Positions 49,121 to 59,053 are shown, counted from the first letter of the stretch. The stretch is DNA of 64,000 nucleotides from an uncultured Desulfarculus sp. (GCA_963665125.2 CAXXUK010000001.1:2208001-2272000); one strand, 5' to 3'. The notes: generated from the sequence alone by a model not told the origin. Numbers and translations: made by a program.

Positions 49121-49897
49121 TCAACCTTGGCCGTCACCGGCGAACAATTGCTCCGGGTGCTCGCTGATGGCCCTGTTGCGCAGTTCAACCACCTTTTCGC
49201 GGGTCCGCTCGGCCAAATCGTCGCGGTCGGCGGTTTTGAGTTCCCCTGTCTCCAGGGGCTGGCCCATGTAGACATACACCGTGCCGGGTGTGACGTAGTA
49301 TCTTTTGGGCTGAAGCACCTTGCGTGAGCCGTGGATATAGAACGGGACCACCGGCCTTTTGCTCTTGATGGCCAAAAGCAGCCCCCCGGATTTGAACGGC
49401 AGGAGTTCGCCGTCGGAGGTGCGGGTGCCTTCGGGAAAGACGACAACGCTGGCCCCGGTGGCGATGCGGGTGGCCGCCTTTTGCAGACTGCGCATGGCCT
49501 CGCGGCCCGATGACCGGTTTATCGGGATATATCCGGCCGCCCTCAGGGCCGCGCCGAAGATCGGAATGCTGAATAGCTCCTCCTTGGCTATCCAGCGGAA
49601 GTTGGGCGGTAGGATGGCCTGCAGGATGGGGATGTCGGCGGCTGAGGCGTGGTTTCCGGCAAAAACATAGGCCTCGTCATGATCCAGGTTTTCAAACCCG
49701 AGCACCTTGATCTTCACACCCGTGCCAAAGGCCGTCAGGGTTGCCCATACACGGGCGACCACGGTAATTACTTTTTCGTTGAATCCCAATAGTTGCAGCA
49801 CTATCACCAGACAACTAAAGAACAACAGGATGGAGGCAGCCCAGGCTACGGCCCAGGTGGACCAGATCAATCTCAACAATTTCCACACGTACTTCAT
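49121..49897 (-). CDS. plsC: 1-acyl-sn-glycerol-3-phosphate acyltransferase family
   Basis: NHASAAD, FPEGTR. Confidence 0.85.
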   Translation of the reverse strand: MKYVWKLLRLIWSTWAVAWAASILLFFSCLVIVLQLLGFNEKVITVVARVWATLTAFGTGVKIKVLGFENLDHDEAYVFAGNHASAADIPILQAILPPNFRWIAKEELFSIPIFGAALRAAGYIPINRSSGREAMRSLQKAATRIATGASVVVFPEGTRTSDGELLPFKSGGLLLAIKSKRPVVPFYIHGSRKVLQPKRYYVTPGTVYVYMGQPLETGELKTADRDDLAERTREKVVELRNRAISEHPEQLFAGDGQG

Positions 49898-49976
49898 TGA
49901 CCACTCGCCCCTTCGGTATTCTTGTGACCCAGGCCAGGCTATGCTAAACTCAGGCGGTTAATTCAAGGAGGTTCCT

Positions 49977-50453
49977 ATGGCCCGTGGCGTGAACAAGGTG
50001 ATTCTCATCGGCAATCTCGGTGCCGATCCCGAAATGAAGTATACCCCAAATGGGACAGCCGTCTGCAATTTGCGCATCGCCACCGGCGAAGCCTTCAAGG
50101 GCCAGGACGGAAATTGGCAGGAGCGGACGGAATGGCACAGGGTCGTCACTTTCGGCAAAACCGCTGAAAACTGCGGCCAATACCTGGCCAAGGGCCGTCA
50201 AGTCTATATCGAGGGCCGTTTGCAAACCCGCAGTTGGGATGACCAGCAAGGCCAAAAACGCTTTTCCACGGAAATCGTGGCCAGGGAAATTCAATTCCTG
50301 GGCGGCGGAGCCGGCGGAGGCGGAGGCCAGGGCGGTGGTTACGGCGGCGGCGGCCAGGGTGGCGGCGGAGGCTACGGCAATCAGGGCGGCGGCTATGGCG
50401 GCGGCGATAGTTACGGCGGTCCGCCTCCCACGGACGACGACATCCCGTTCTAG
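49977..50453 (+). CDS. ssb: Single-stranded DNA-binding protein
   Basis: [18 protein letters not shown], Gly-rich tail, DDDIPF. Confidence 0.98.
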   Translation: MARGVNKVILIGNLGADPEMKYTPNGTAVCNLRIATGEAFKGQDGNWQERTEWHRVVTFGKTAENCGQYLAKGRQVYIEGRLQTRSWDDQQGQKRFSTEIVAREIQFLGGGAGGGGGQGGGYGGGGQGGGGGYGNQGGGYGGGDSYGGPPPTDDDIPF

Positions 50454-50559
50454 GGCGTCAAGGCTCCCGGCAGCCAAATCCTTTTGCAGTCAATCGGGGC
50501 TGTGCCATAATGTTGGCACCAGCCCCGATCTCTTTAATCGAACTCAAGAGGAGATGAAT

Positions 50560-51063
50560 ATGACCGGCAAGCGGACGCCAGTATTTGTTACCTTTTTTGC
50601 GCTGTTGGCCTTTATCGCCCTGGCCGTGGGCTGCGCTTCGGGCTCGGCCAAATTCCAAAACAAATCCCCCAAATTCTCCATGGAGTATCCGGGGTACTAT
50701 ATCGCCGAACCCCTGAAGCAAGACGAAGTGCTGCGGGTCAAGGACCCCATGGGCTTTCCGTATTTCACCGTCACGGTATACCCCTATCAGACCGGCATGG
50801 ACCTGAACCAGGTGCTCAACCAGTATCAAAAGCGCATCGAGGACACGGGCTCCGGCGTGAAGTTGATGGACATCAAGCGGGTTGAACTCAGCGGCAACCT
50901 GCCGGGCCTCCAAGCCGAGCTGGAGTGGAATCTGGAAAACGGCCAAAAGGTGCAGACGCTGTTCCTGGCGGTGATCAAGGACAAAGAGGTCATGGTCATC
51001 GCGGCCCATACCCAGAACGGGATGAAGGAAGCCAAAAAATTTGTCGACACCCTGAAGTTCTAG
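50560..51063 (+). CDS. Lipoprotein (PsbP/Mog1-like fold possible)
   Basis: RBS gaggag; lipobox AVGC; FSMEYP. Confidence 0.65.
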   Translation: MTGKRTPVFVTFFALLAFIALAVGCASGSAKFQNKSPKFSMEYPGYYIAEPLKQDEVLRVKDPMGFPYFTVTVYPYQTGMDLNQVLNQYQKRIEDTGSGVKLMDIKRVELSGNLPGLQAELEWNLENGQKVQTLFLAVIKDKEVMVIAAHTQNGMKEAKKFVDTLKF

Positions 51064-51070
51064 ATAGACA

Positions 51071-51105
51071 GGCGTCCGGCCGGAGCTTTGCCGCGCCGGA
51101 CGCCT
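51071..51105. terminator. Hairpin between convergent genes
   Basis: ggcgtccggc...gccggacgcc. Confidence 0.5.
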
Positions 51106-51274
51106 TCAAAGCACAACCACCGCCCAATCATTGACCATTTTCACGCTATAACAAACTTCTCCGAAACAGGCTTCCTGCCGCATCACCGTAAACGAATCGG
51201 GCGGCTGCCTGTTCCGCAACCGCCCGGAGAAGCTATTTAACTACGAGCCGTCCATGGCTTTTTCGGTCAATACG

Positions 51275-52018
51275 TTATGAACCGGACTGCCCGTAGAGGG
51301 CCATGGCCATGGCCTTGCCGCTGGGGGTCTTGAAGACCTTGTCGATCAGGGCCGCGCGCTGCTGGGGCGTCTTGTCCGGATACTCGTCGGGGATGTTGAC
51401 CATCCAGTCGGCGTCCCAGATCACCCGGAACTCGGTGGTGTCGATATCCCTGGCCGAGTGATGGTTGGCGATGATCCGGCGGACATGATCCCTGGTTTCT
51501 TCATCCATGCCCAGATCCTTCATGATCCGGTCGGCGATGTCCGGGCCGTACTTTTCCTGCCAGCGTCCGGCGCTGGAGTCGTGCAGCCGCTCGCCCTCGG
51601 TGATGCCCACGTCGTGCAGCACCGCGGCGGTGAGGACCACCTTGGGGTTGGCCCCTTCCCGGCGCATGATCTGCTCGGCGTAGTCCAATACGGCCAGGGC
51701 GTGGGTGATGCGCCGTTCGTCCTTGCCAAAATGCTTGCGCATGGCCTGGACCAGCTGATCCACCAGGCTCTCCTGGGCCGCGTCGCCCAAAACCTGCTTG
51801 GGGTCATAGCCCAGGCACTCGGCGGCGTGCTCGCACCACTGGGCGCAGCCGAGGTTGAGCTTGGGGTTTTGCACCCTGGCCCCGCAGCTCTTGCAACGGC
51901 GGCTGGCGTCGTCCTTGAAGAACTCCATCTCGTTGCCGCACTGGGCGCACTTGACTTCATATATATCGTTGGGGGTCCAGAACGCGGTGTCCTGGCCGGG
52001 GCACATGGTCTTGCTCAT
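51275..52018 (-). CDS. HD-domain protein with N-terminal Cys-rich zinc-ribbon domain
   Basis: CPGQD, CxxC pairs, RITH, LHDVG, HH, DAD. Confidence 0.85.
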   Translation of the reverse strand: MSKTMCPGQDTAFWTPNDIYEVKCAQCGNEMEFFKDDASRRCKSCGARVQNPKLNLGCAQWCEHAAECLGYDPKQVLGDAAQESLVDQLVQAMRKHFGKDERRITHALAVLDYAEQIMRREGANPKVVLTAAVLHDVGITEGERLHDSSAGRWQEKYGPDIADRIMKDLGMDEETRDHVRRIIANHHSARDIDTTEFRVIWDADWMVNIPDEYPDKTPQQRAALIDKVFKTPSGKAMAMALYGQSGS

Positions 52019-52701
52019 AACACCCCTCCTTCGCGCCGCACGGCCCACCAGGCTGCGAACCTGATGCCCAAAGGCGCGTTTTCCAGATAGCTTTCAACAG
52101 CCTGGGAAAAGAAAGGGATCAATTCCCAGGGATCGGCGACCTCGGCGGCCGGACGGGCCAGTTGGGGCGAACGTCCCAGCTTGCCGCCCATGAGCACCTG
52201 GCCCCAAGGGGCCGATAGGTTGACCGCGTCATAGTCGCACACCGAGCTGCAACCAAGGCAGCCCTGGCAGCGCCCGCTGAACCAAGTCAGCGATTCGCCC
52301 ACCACGATGGCTTGATCCGGGCACTGGGCCACGCAATCTCCGCAGGCGGCGCAGGCGCTCTCGTCAAAGTGGGGCCGAATCCGGCCCACCACGGCCAAAT
52401 CGGCTATCTGGGGCCGGCTGCACGCGTTGGGGCAACCCGCCACGGTGATGCGCAGCTTGTCGTGGGCCATGACCATTGGCGTCTCCACGCGCATGCGCAG
52501 GCGTTCGGAAATATCTGCCTCGGCAAGCCAGTTGCTGATGGCAGCCTGCCAAAGGGCCGCATCGATGAGCGAATTGGGGCAGCCTTCGGTGGCGGCCCGG
52601 CAGGCCCGCATTTCCACCAGATGCGCGCCGGGCGCGTTGGGCTCTGGGCCGCCGATCAGGGAGGCCGTCACTGCTTGATATGCTTCGGGTGTTGCTTGCA
52701 T
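52015..52701 (-). CDS. Nitrite/sulfite-reductase 4Fe-4S-domain protein with ferredoxin insert
   Basis: C..C.NS, KLRITVAGCPNACS, two CxxCxxCxxxC motifs, GGKLGR. Confidence 0.8.
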   Translation of the reverse strand: MQATPEAYQAVTASLIGGPEPNAPGAHLVEMRACRAATEGCPNSLIDAALWQAAISNWLAEADISERLRMRVETPMVMAHDKLRITVAGCPNACSRPQIADLAVVGRIRPHFDESACAACGDCVAQCPDQAIVVGESLTWFSGRCQGCLGCSSVCDYDAVNLSAPWGQVLMGGKLGRSPQLARPAAEVADPWELIPFFSQAVESYLENAPLGIRFAAWWAVRREGGVL

Positions 52702-52719
52702 CTCAAACCTCCTTAAATG

Positions 52720-53478
52720 TCAGGCGGCCAATCCCGCGGGAGCGTTTTGTTGAAGAACCCGCCCGGTGCGGCTTATGACCATGTTGCCCAGGGGCACGTC
52801 CACTCCGGCCTGTTCCATGGCCTTGCGGGCGATGAAATCCAGGCCCTTGCAGCAAGGCACCTCCATGATCACCGTGGTGATGGAACGAAACCCCGCGCCC
52901 TTGATCAGCTGGGCCAGCTTGTCTATGTGGGCCTGGGCGTCATCCAGCTTGGGGCAGGCCAGGGCCACGGTGCGTCCGCCGAGCATGCGCTGGTGCAGGT
53001 CGGGCAGGGACGCCGCCGCGCAGTCGGCCAGCAACAGCAGATCCGACCCGGCCAGATAAGGCGCCCCCGGCGAAAGCAATTGCAGCTTGATGGGCCAGTG
53101 TCCCAACTGGGATACCGCCTCCGGAGCCTGGCAGGCACAGGCCTGGCTCACCGTATCCAGGGTCATGGTCTGGTCGGAGGGGCAACCGCAGGCCAGGGTG
53201 GGAGGCAGAACCTCGGCGGCCTTTTGGGCGGCCAAATGGCGCTCCACCTCGTGCTCGTCAAATTCCTCGGCCTCCCGCTGAACCACGGTCAGAGCCCCGG
53301 TGGGGCAACCGCTCAGGCAGGCGCCCAGGCCGTCGCAGAGGATTTCGCCAACCAGCTTCGCCTTGCCGTCCACAATCTTAAGGGCGCCTTCGGCGCAGTC
53401 GATAACGCACTGCCCGCAACCGGTGCAGAGTTCCTCGTCGATCTCGATTATGTTGCGCATTGTCCGCATTGTGCGCAT
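52720..53478 (-). CDS. 4Fe-4S dicluster-domain protein (type often found next to hcp)
   Basis: CTGCGQC..CAEGA, CDGLGAC..CP, WPIKL, ADC, CPKLD, MEVPCC. Confidence 0.85.
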   Translation of the reverse strand: MRTMRTMRNIIEIDEELCTGCGQCVIDCAEGALKIVDGKAKLVGEILCDGLGACLSGCPTGALTVVQREAEEFDEHEVERHLAAQKAAEVLPPTLACGCPSDQTMTLDTVSQACACQAPEAVSQLGHWPIKLQLLSPGAPYLAGSDLLLLADCAAASLPDLHQRMLGGRTVALACPKLDDAQAHIDKLAQLIKGAGFRSITTVIMEVPCCKGLDFIARKAMEQAGVDVPLGNMVISRTGRVLQQNAPAGLAA

Positions 53479-53891
53479 TCCTTTCCCCAGGCGGCGGGAA
53501 GGTCGCTAAGCCTGGTGTTGGCGAAATACTCCATTATTTCCCGGCTTAGCCGGGCCAGCAGATCACCCATGATGCAGTTGCCGCCGCAGACAGGAGTCCC
53601 CAGCAGGCAACCCACTTCCTCGAGGGGGCCCTCGGCGGCCTGGTATACCTCCAGAAGGGTGATGTCCTCGGGGTTCTTGCCCAGGGTGAAACCGCCTTTG
53701 GGACCGCGTTGGCTCTTGACCAGTCCGGCCTTGCCCAACCGCTGCATCACCTTGGCCAGATGCGCCTCGGAAGCGCCGATGGCCAGAGCCACCTCATGGG
53801 TGGAGACCTTTCGTTCCGGGTCGGAGGCCAGCATGGCCATTGTGTGCAGGGCCAGGGAGGCCGCTTCGCTAACATGTATCAAATTGCTCAT
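53448..53891 (-). CDS. Rrf2 family transcriptional regulator (three-Cys Fe-S type)
   Basis: HLAKVMQ.L, S.RGPKGGF.L, CLLG..VCGGNC. Confidence 0.92.
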   Translation of the reverse strand: MSNLIHVSEAASLALHTMAMLASDPERKVSTHEVALAIGASEAHLAKVMQRLGKAGLVKSQRGPKGGFTLGKNPEDITLLEVYQAAEGPLEEVGCLLGTPVCGGNCIMGDLLARLSREIMEYFANTRLSDLPAAWGKECAQCGQCAT

Positions 53892-53912
53892 CGCACGATC
53901 CTTTTTTCTATT

Positions 53913-53949
53913 CTGGTACTAAAATACCTATTAAGAGGCCAAGTGTCAA
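53913..53949 (-). promoter_or_regulatory. Sigma70 promoter with overlapping palindromic operator
   Basis: Minus-strand TTGACA (53949-53944), 17 bp, TATTTT (53926-53921); GGTA-N6-TACC at 53915-53928. Confidence 0.55.
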
Positions 53950-54000
53950 GCCTCCCCGGAATTTTTTTATTTTTGATGTAAATCAAGCCAGTTGCATTAT

Positions 54001-54909
54001 TTATTTTGCTTTGGTCAAACCCACATTGGTAATGAACTCGTCCATGGCCTCATTTAGTTCAGCGGGCCGCTCCAGCATAAAGAAATGGCCCGCGTCACGC
54101 CAAACGACCAACTCCAATACGGGGTGGACGCTACGCAGTTGCTGTTCCAGGTTGGGCGGGCATAGCCCCGGCGAGCAACTCGATTTGAAGGCATAGATGG
54201 CCAGGGTCGGCGCGTCCAGTTGCACCTCACTCCAATTGTCGGGATCAAAACAATGCCGCATGGAGTTCCGGGCGACATGGGGCGGTGTGGCCAACATTTT
54301 TTCGATAACTTCACTGCGGATTTCCTTATTTGTCGACGCATCGTGCATCGGCTCCATGAAACCTGCCATTGCTTTGGCATAATCATCGGCGCTGAGGATA
54401 GCCACCAAACCATTAGCCTTTTGCTTGAGCCGATTGATATCCTCAACATTTTTAGGAACCGGGTTGAATGCGCCATCCAGAATTATCAAACCCTTCACCT
54501 TACCGGGATGCCTTCGGCAAAAGGCCCTTGCCACCCCATAGCCCATGCTGTGGCCGACAATGACCGCCCTGGTGACGTCGGCCTGTTCCAATATCGCCGC
54601 CACGGAGTCCGCGAAAAGGTTTTGGGTGTACTCGACCTCCGGTTTGCCGCTGAGTCCGTGACCGGGCAGGTCCACAGCGATCACCCGCCATTTTTTGGCC
54701 AATTCCGGGGTCTGCAACCGCCAGAAGCTATGGTCGCAACTCCAGCCGTGAATCAGCACAACCGCTTCCGGCCCGGCATTATAGTTTTGATAATGAAGGC
54801 GTATGCCTTGAAAATCAGCGTATTGGTCCGATGGCGCGGGCTGGGCCAAGGCCGTTGACGCGACCAGCATAAATACGGCAAGAATAGACAGTTTGAAGTG
54901 CAGCCACAT
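54001..54909 (-). CDS. Secreted alpha/beta hydrolase (paralog 2)
   Basis: Signal peptide; LIHGW, DLPGHG.S, GHSMG, GHF. Confidence 0.88.
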   Translation of the reverse strand: MWLHFKLSILAVFMLVASTALAQPAPSDQYADFQGIRLHYQNYNAGPEAVVLIHGWSCDHSFWRLQTPELAKKWRVIAVDLPGHGLSGKPEVEYTQNLFADSVAAILEQADVTRAVIVGHSMGYGVARAFCRRHPGKVKGLIILDGAFNPVPKNVEDINRLKQKANGLVAILSADDYAKAMAGFMEPMHDASTNKEIRSEVIEKMLATPPHVARNSMRHCFDPDNWSEVQLDAPTLAIYAFKSSCSPGLCPPNLEQQLRSVHPVLELVVWRDAGHFFMLERPAELNEAMDEFITNVGLTKAK

Positions 54910-55039
54910 GATGTCCCCCGTGTATTTCCAGATAATCAGCCGCCAGATTATGTCAGCCCCATACCGTTGGGCATTGATGCGTATTCAAAGGTATTTCTCT
55001 TTGAAACGGTTTGATTGGATTTTTTCGTTTCAAGGCTCC

Positions 55040-55927
55040 TCAGCGGGCCTTTTCCAAGCCCACGGCCGAGACAAATTCAATCAATGCCTTGTTCAGTTCG
55101 GCGGGCCTCTCCAGCATGTAAAAGTGTCCGACGTCCTGCCACATGACAAACTCCAGCCCCGGATGCACCTGGCGCAATTGTTGCTCCAAATCCGGCGGGT
55201 TGGCCGGGTTCTGGGCGCAAATGGCCAGGGTGGGCACCTTAACCGTCATCTCGCGCCAGTTTTCCAGGTCAAAGAAATGCCCAATGGCGCTGCGGCCCAC
55301 GTGGGGCGGCGTGGCGGTCATTTTTTGCAGGACCTCCTCACGCACATCCTGGCTGGTGGCCTTGCCGTGCATTGGCGCCACAAAGGCCTTCACGGCACCG
55401 GCATAATCTTCGACGGCGAACATGGCCTTCATTCCGGCGGCCATTTCGTTGTACTTTTTTTGTGCCTCTTCGCTTTGCGGAGCTTGCATGAACGCGCCGT
55501 CCACGACAACCAGGCCCCGGACCATATCCGGATGGGCCGCGTAAAACTCCCTGGCCACCACATAACCCATGCTATGGCCGGCCAAAACGGTTCTCCGCAC
55601 TCCGGCGTGACCGAGCACCGCCGCCACGGCCCGGGCAAAATACTTCTGGGTGTATTCGACGTCAGGCTTGTCGCTGAGGCCGTGACCAGGCAAATCAAGC
55701 GCTATGACCCGCCATTTTTTGGCCAGCTCCGGTGCCTGGAGCCTCCAAAAGCTGTGATCGCAGCTCCAGCCGTGGATCAGCACCACGGCCTCCGGACCAG
55801 TGCCGTAGTCCTGGTAATGCAGGCGCGCGCCCTCGAAATCAGTGAAACGCTCGGCGGGCCCGGCCTGGGCAAAGGCCGCGGTGGCCGCCAATAAAACCAG
55901 TATTGCGATTGACAGACGAAGCTTCAT
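55040..55927 (-). CDS. Secreted alpha/beta hydrolase (paralog 1)
   Basis: Same motifs; near-identical stretch GPEAVVLIHGWSCDHSFWRLQ.PELAKKWRVIA. Confidence 0.88.
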   Translation of the reverse strand: MKLRLSIAILVLLAATAAFAQAGPAERFTDFEGARLHYQDYGTGPEAVVLIHGWSCDHSFWRLQAPELAKKWRVIALDLPGHGLSDKPDVEYTQKYFARAVAAVLGHAGVRRTVLAGHSMGYVVAREFYAAHPDMVRGLVVVDGAFMQAPQSEEAQKKYNEMAAGMKAMFAVEDYAGAVKAFVAPMHGKATSQDVREEVLQKMTATPPHVGRSAIGHFFDLENWREMTVKVPTLAICAQNPANPPDLEQQLRQVHPGLEFVMWQDVGHFYMLERPAELNKALIEFVSAVGLEKAR

Positions 55928-56086
55928 TTCATCACCCGGACAAAGATTGTTTTCCCCCTGCATTTGAGCCGCGAACCAGCCAAATGTCAACCCCGAGTCA
56001 AAAACTCACTCTACCAACGCCGGCTAATGTGTTTATAATGGGCGGTGACAAAATCTAACGAACGGTTGATCGTCATTGGAGACAAG

Positions 56087-56782
56087 TTGGTTAGGCTCGG
56101 CGTCCATATTCCGCTTTGTCTTTTTCTGCTGTGCATGTCACTCAACGCGGCGGCACGCCCCTGTTCGGCCCAGGACCAAGGCCAATTGCCGCGTTCGCCA
56201 TGGACCAAGGCCTACGAACTGCTCCTGGCCGACGAGCCCGAAGACGCGGCCAAGGCGGCGGAAGAGGTTTTAAATTCGCTGCCCGGCAGCGCGTTGGGCA
56301 ACCTGATTTTGGCCATGGCCCTGGCCGGCGACGGCAGGCAGGCCGAGGCCATGGAACACTTTGCCAAGGCCATGACCGGCGACCCGGCTGGCGAGGCCCA
56401 GTTTCTGTATGAACGGGCGGCGCTCCTTGCCGACCTGGGCCAATCGTCCCATTCCGCCCGGCTGGCTACCTTGGGGCTGGAGTTGGCCCCGAATCACGCC
56501 GGGCTGCTTACCAGCCGGGCCGGTGCCCTTTTGGCCAAGGGCTCAAACCTGGCCGAAGCCGAAAGGCTGGCCAAGCGGGCCGCCGAATCGGCGCCCAACA
56601 GCCCAGAGGCCTGGGAATTGTTGGGGGCCATTCAGCAAAAGCGGGGCAGGCACGACCTGGCCGTCATGAGCCTGCACAAGGCCCTGCGGCTCGATCCGCC
56701 GGACAAACAGCGCATCGAGCAGATGCTTCTGCAAAGCATGGCCAAACTTTCGCCGGACAAGGTGCGGCGCTTGACCAAATAA
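56087..56782 (+). CDS. Secreted TPR protein
   Basis: TTG after ggag; signal-like N-terminus; AP....AW..LG and KALRLDP TPR motifs. Confidence 0.7.
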   Translation: MVRLGVHIPLCLFLLCMSLNAAARPCSAQDQGQLPRSPWTKAYELLLADEPEDAAKAAEEVLNSLPGSALGNLILAMALAGDGRQAEAMEHFAKAMTGDPAGEAQFLYERAALLADLGQSSHSARLATLGLELAPNHAGLLTSRAGALLAKGSNLAEAERLAKRAAESAPNSPEAWELLGAIQQKRGRHDLAVMSLHKALRLDPPDKQRIEQMLLQSMAKLSPDKVRRLTK

Positions 56783-56831
56783 GCAATTAAGGCAAGAACA
56801 GTCTCATCAACATAAGGCAAGGATGGAGAAA

Positions 56832-57125
56832 ATGGCAAAAATAACAGTAGTGGCGATCATGAAGGCCCAGGCCGACAAGGTTGAAGAAGTAAAAAAAGCC
56901 TTGCTCGAGTGCGCCGTGCCCACCCGTCAGGAAGAAGGCAACATCAATTACGATCTGCACCAGTCCCTGGCCGACCCGACCGAGTTCATGATGCATGAGA
57001 ACTGGGCCGACAAAGACGCCCTAAACGCCCACGGCAAGACCCCGCACATGGCCACCCTGTTCGGCGCAATCGGCGACAAGCTGGCCGACAAGCCCAAGAT
57101 CATGCTTTTCAGCGAGGTCAAATAA
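56832..57125 (+). CDS. ABM-domain putative quinol monooxygenase
   Basis: TRQEEGNINYDLHQ, F...ENW...AL.AH..TPH. Confidence 0.88.
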   Translation: MAKITVVAIMKAQADKVEEVKKALLECAVPTRQEEGNINYDLHQSLADPTEFMMHENWADKDALNAHGKTPHMATLFGAIGDKLADKPKIMLFSEVK

Positions 57126-57258
57126 GCCGATCGGCGGCAACGCCGAACGCCATCAATTGATCCCTAAAATCGAAATGCCCTTCAGCCGGGAAGCTGAAGG
57201 GTATTTCGTATTTCAAAGCTGCCGCCGAGACCACGGCCCAGCGGATTTTGGCAAATTA

Positions 57259-59001
57259 TCAGCTGACGGTCTCCATGTTGCTCCAGCCTGGTTCGTCGGG
57301 CAGGTCGGTGCCAGAGCGGACATTGCCGTTGGCGTCCACCTGGTGTTCCTGGTCGGTGGGCAAAAACCGGGTCTTGCCGTCCGGGCCGCGCTTGTCGGCA
57401 AAGGGTGCCAGCAGAGGGTACATTTCGCGGTGGATCTGGTTGTTGGTCTTGGCCCTGTTGGTCCAGATATCGGCGTCGATCTTGGCCGCGATGGCGTCTA
57501 CCTGGGCAATGCCCCTGTGGTTGTTGGCGGCGATGAGCATGCAAGTCATGGCCCAGGTGGAATTCAGGTGAAAAGACTGAAGGCTGGTCAGCAGCGGCCC
57601 CTGGCACTCCTTCAAGCGTTGTTGGGGAGCCCAGACGCCGAAGGAACCGGTGGACATCCACAAGTTCATGCCCGGCAAAAACATGTACCGCACCACCGAT
57701 ACGATAACGCCTTCCATGGGAATGTTGTTTTGCATATAGCGGATGCGGACCATGGCCGCACGGTGTTGGACCTGCATGCTGGCCATCTGCAGCGCGGAAT
57801 TCATGATTTGCAGTTCCCGGTCCTTGCTCTGGGCCAAGGCGGGCAGTTCGGTTTCCTGCACCAGTTGATAGTTTTGAATCTGGGCCTGATGGGGAATAAT
57901 GATTTTTTTAATATAGTTGATCGGGTCCATCACGGGCATGGACACAAAACCGCCGTAGTTGCTGCCCGGCGGGAAATGGGCGGCGGCCGGGGCCTTTGAT
58001 ACGTCGGCGAACCAAACCTCGGGCATGAAAACCAGCCCCTGGCTCATGTCCGGTGAATACATCCTGAATTGGAAGTCCACCGGCTGCATCAAATCCGTGC
58101 GGGTGAGCTCGGTGGGCCGTTTCTGGGTGTTCTTCCAGACAACCTTTGCATCGACTTTCCAGCCCTTGGGCACCAGCATGTCAAAGACCTTCATGGGCCT
58201 GCCGTTGGGGTCCTTCAACCCCTGCTGATCATAGCAGGTATACGGCGTAAAAATAGTGTAGCCCGCCCGCCCTGCATTGCCCCGGCCCGGCTGGTTTGGG
58301 TACTGCCCCTGCTGGGGATTTTGATTGTTTATCTGGTTCTGGGGGGGCTGGTTGTACGGCTGCTGGTTTTGCTGATTATATGGCTGCTGGTTCTGTTGGT
58401 TGTACGGTTGCTGATTTTGCTGGTTCTGCCAGTTGGGGTATTGCCCCTGCTGAGGGTTTTGGTTTCCGATCCGATTTTGCGGGGTCTGGTTGTACGGCTG
58501 TTGGTTTTGTTGGTTGTACGGCTGTTGGTTCTGCTGGTTATATGGCTGCTGATTTTGTTGATTTTGCTGGTTCTGCCAGTTTGGGTATTGTCCCTGTTGG
58601 GTGGTTTGTTGGTTTTGCTGCCCTTGTTGGGTGTTCATCCGCACGAGTTGGTAGTAGTTTTCATCGTCGGATATTACCAGAGAGCCGTCCTGTCCCATGC
58701 TGATATTCATGACATACGGCTGGCCGTTCAAGGGGAAAATCTGTAACTGGTTGCCGTTGACGCTATACCTGCCCTGGACTTCTTCCACTTGGTTGTTGCC
58801 GGTGAAGCGGTAGTAAAGCCCACCATTGGGATGAAACTGGACCAATAGTTCCACCCCTTTTTCCCTGGCCATCCAGGCGCCGGCGATTTCGTTTGCCGTC
58901 ACGGCAAAAGCTTCCGTTAGACCGGCGGTTAGAAATCCCAATAGGACGATAACGACAACTCGGGGCAGGGCTGTCTTGAGGATACCGCTTTTTTTAACCA
59001 T
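57259..59001 (-). CDS. Secreted protein with central Q/N/P/Y-rich repeat region
   Basis: Signal peptide ending AFA; GxW beta domain; NQQNQQPY repeats; MLVPKGW C-domain. Confidence 0.8.
   Translation of the reverse strand: MVKKSGILKTALPRVVVIVLLGFLTAGLTEAFAVTANEIAGAWMAREKGVELLVQFHPNGGLYYRFTGNNQVEEVQGRYSVNGNQLQIFPLNGQPYVMNISMGQDGSLVISDDENYYQLVRMNTQQGQQNQQTTQQGQYPNWQNQQNQQNQQPYNQQNQQPYNQQNQQPYNQTPQNRIGNQNPQQGQYPNWQNQQNQQPYNQQNQQPYNQQNQQPYNQPPQNQINNQNPQQGQYPNQPGRGNAGRAGYTIFTPYTCYDQQGLKDPNGRPMKVFDMLVPKGWKVDAKVVWKNTQKRPTELTRTDLMQPVDFQFRMYSPDMSQGLVFMPEVWFADVSKAPAAAHFPPGSNYGGFVSMPVMDPINYIKKIIIPHQAQIQNYQLVQETELPALAQSKDRELQIMNSALQMASMQVQHRAAMVRIRYMQNNIPMEGVIVSVVRYMFLPGMNLWMSTGSFGVWAPQQRLKECQGPLLTSLQSFHLNSTWAMTCMLIAANNHRGIAQVDAIAAKIDADIWTNRAKTNNQIHREMYPLLAPFADKRGPDGKTRFLPTDQEHQVDANGNVRSGTDLPDEPGWSNMETVS
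58288..58635 (-). repeat. Nested tandem repeats (24-bp NQQNQQPY units inside ~46-49-aa super-repeats)
   Basis: Six QQPYN units and three QQGQYPN anchors in the translation. Confidence 0.9.
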
Positions 59002-59053
59002 TGGGGGTCAATCCCTTGCTATCTATGGGTCAAAAGATAACTCCATCCGAGAC

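Noticed and set aside
50301..50420. GGC-rich repeats
   Set aside because: Ordinary Gly-rich SSB linker
50050..50559. 337-aa ORF overlapping ssb
   Set aside because: The real gene starts at 50560 with RBS and lipobox; the upstream part is an out-of-frame overlap with ssb
52015..52701. Dissimilatory sulfite reductase subunit (dsrA/B)
   Set aside because: Only 228 aa, lacks the N-terminal domains and has no dsr context
58288..58635. CRISPR array
   Set aside because: Repeats are in-frame, degenerate and coding, with no unique spacers or cas genes
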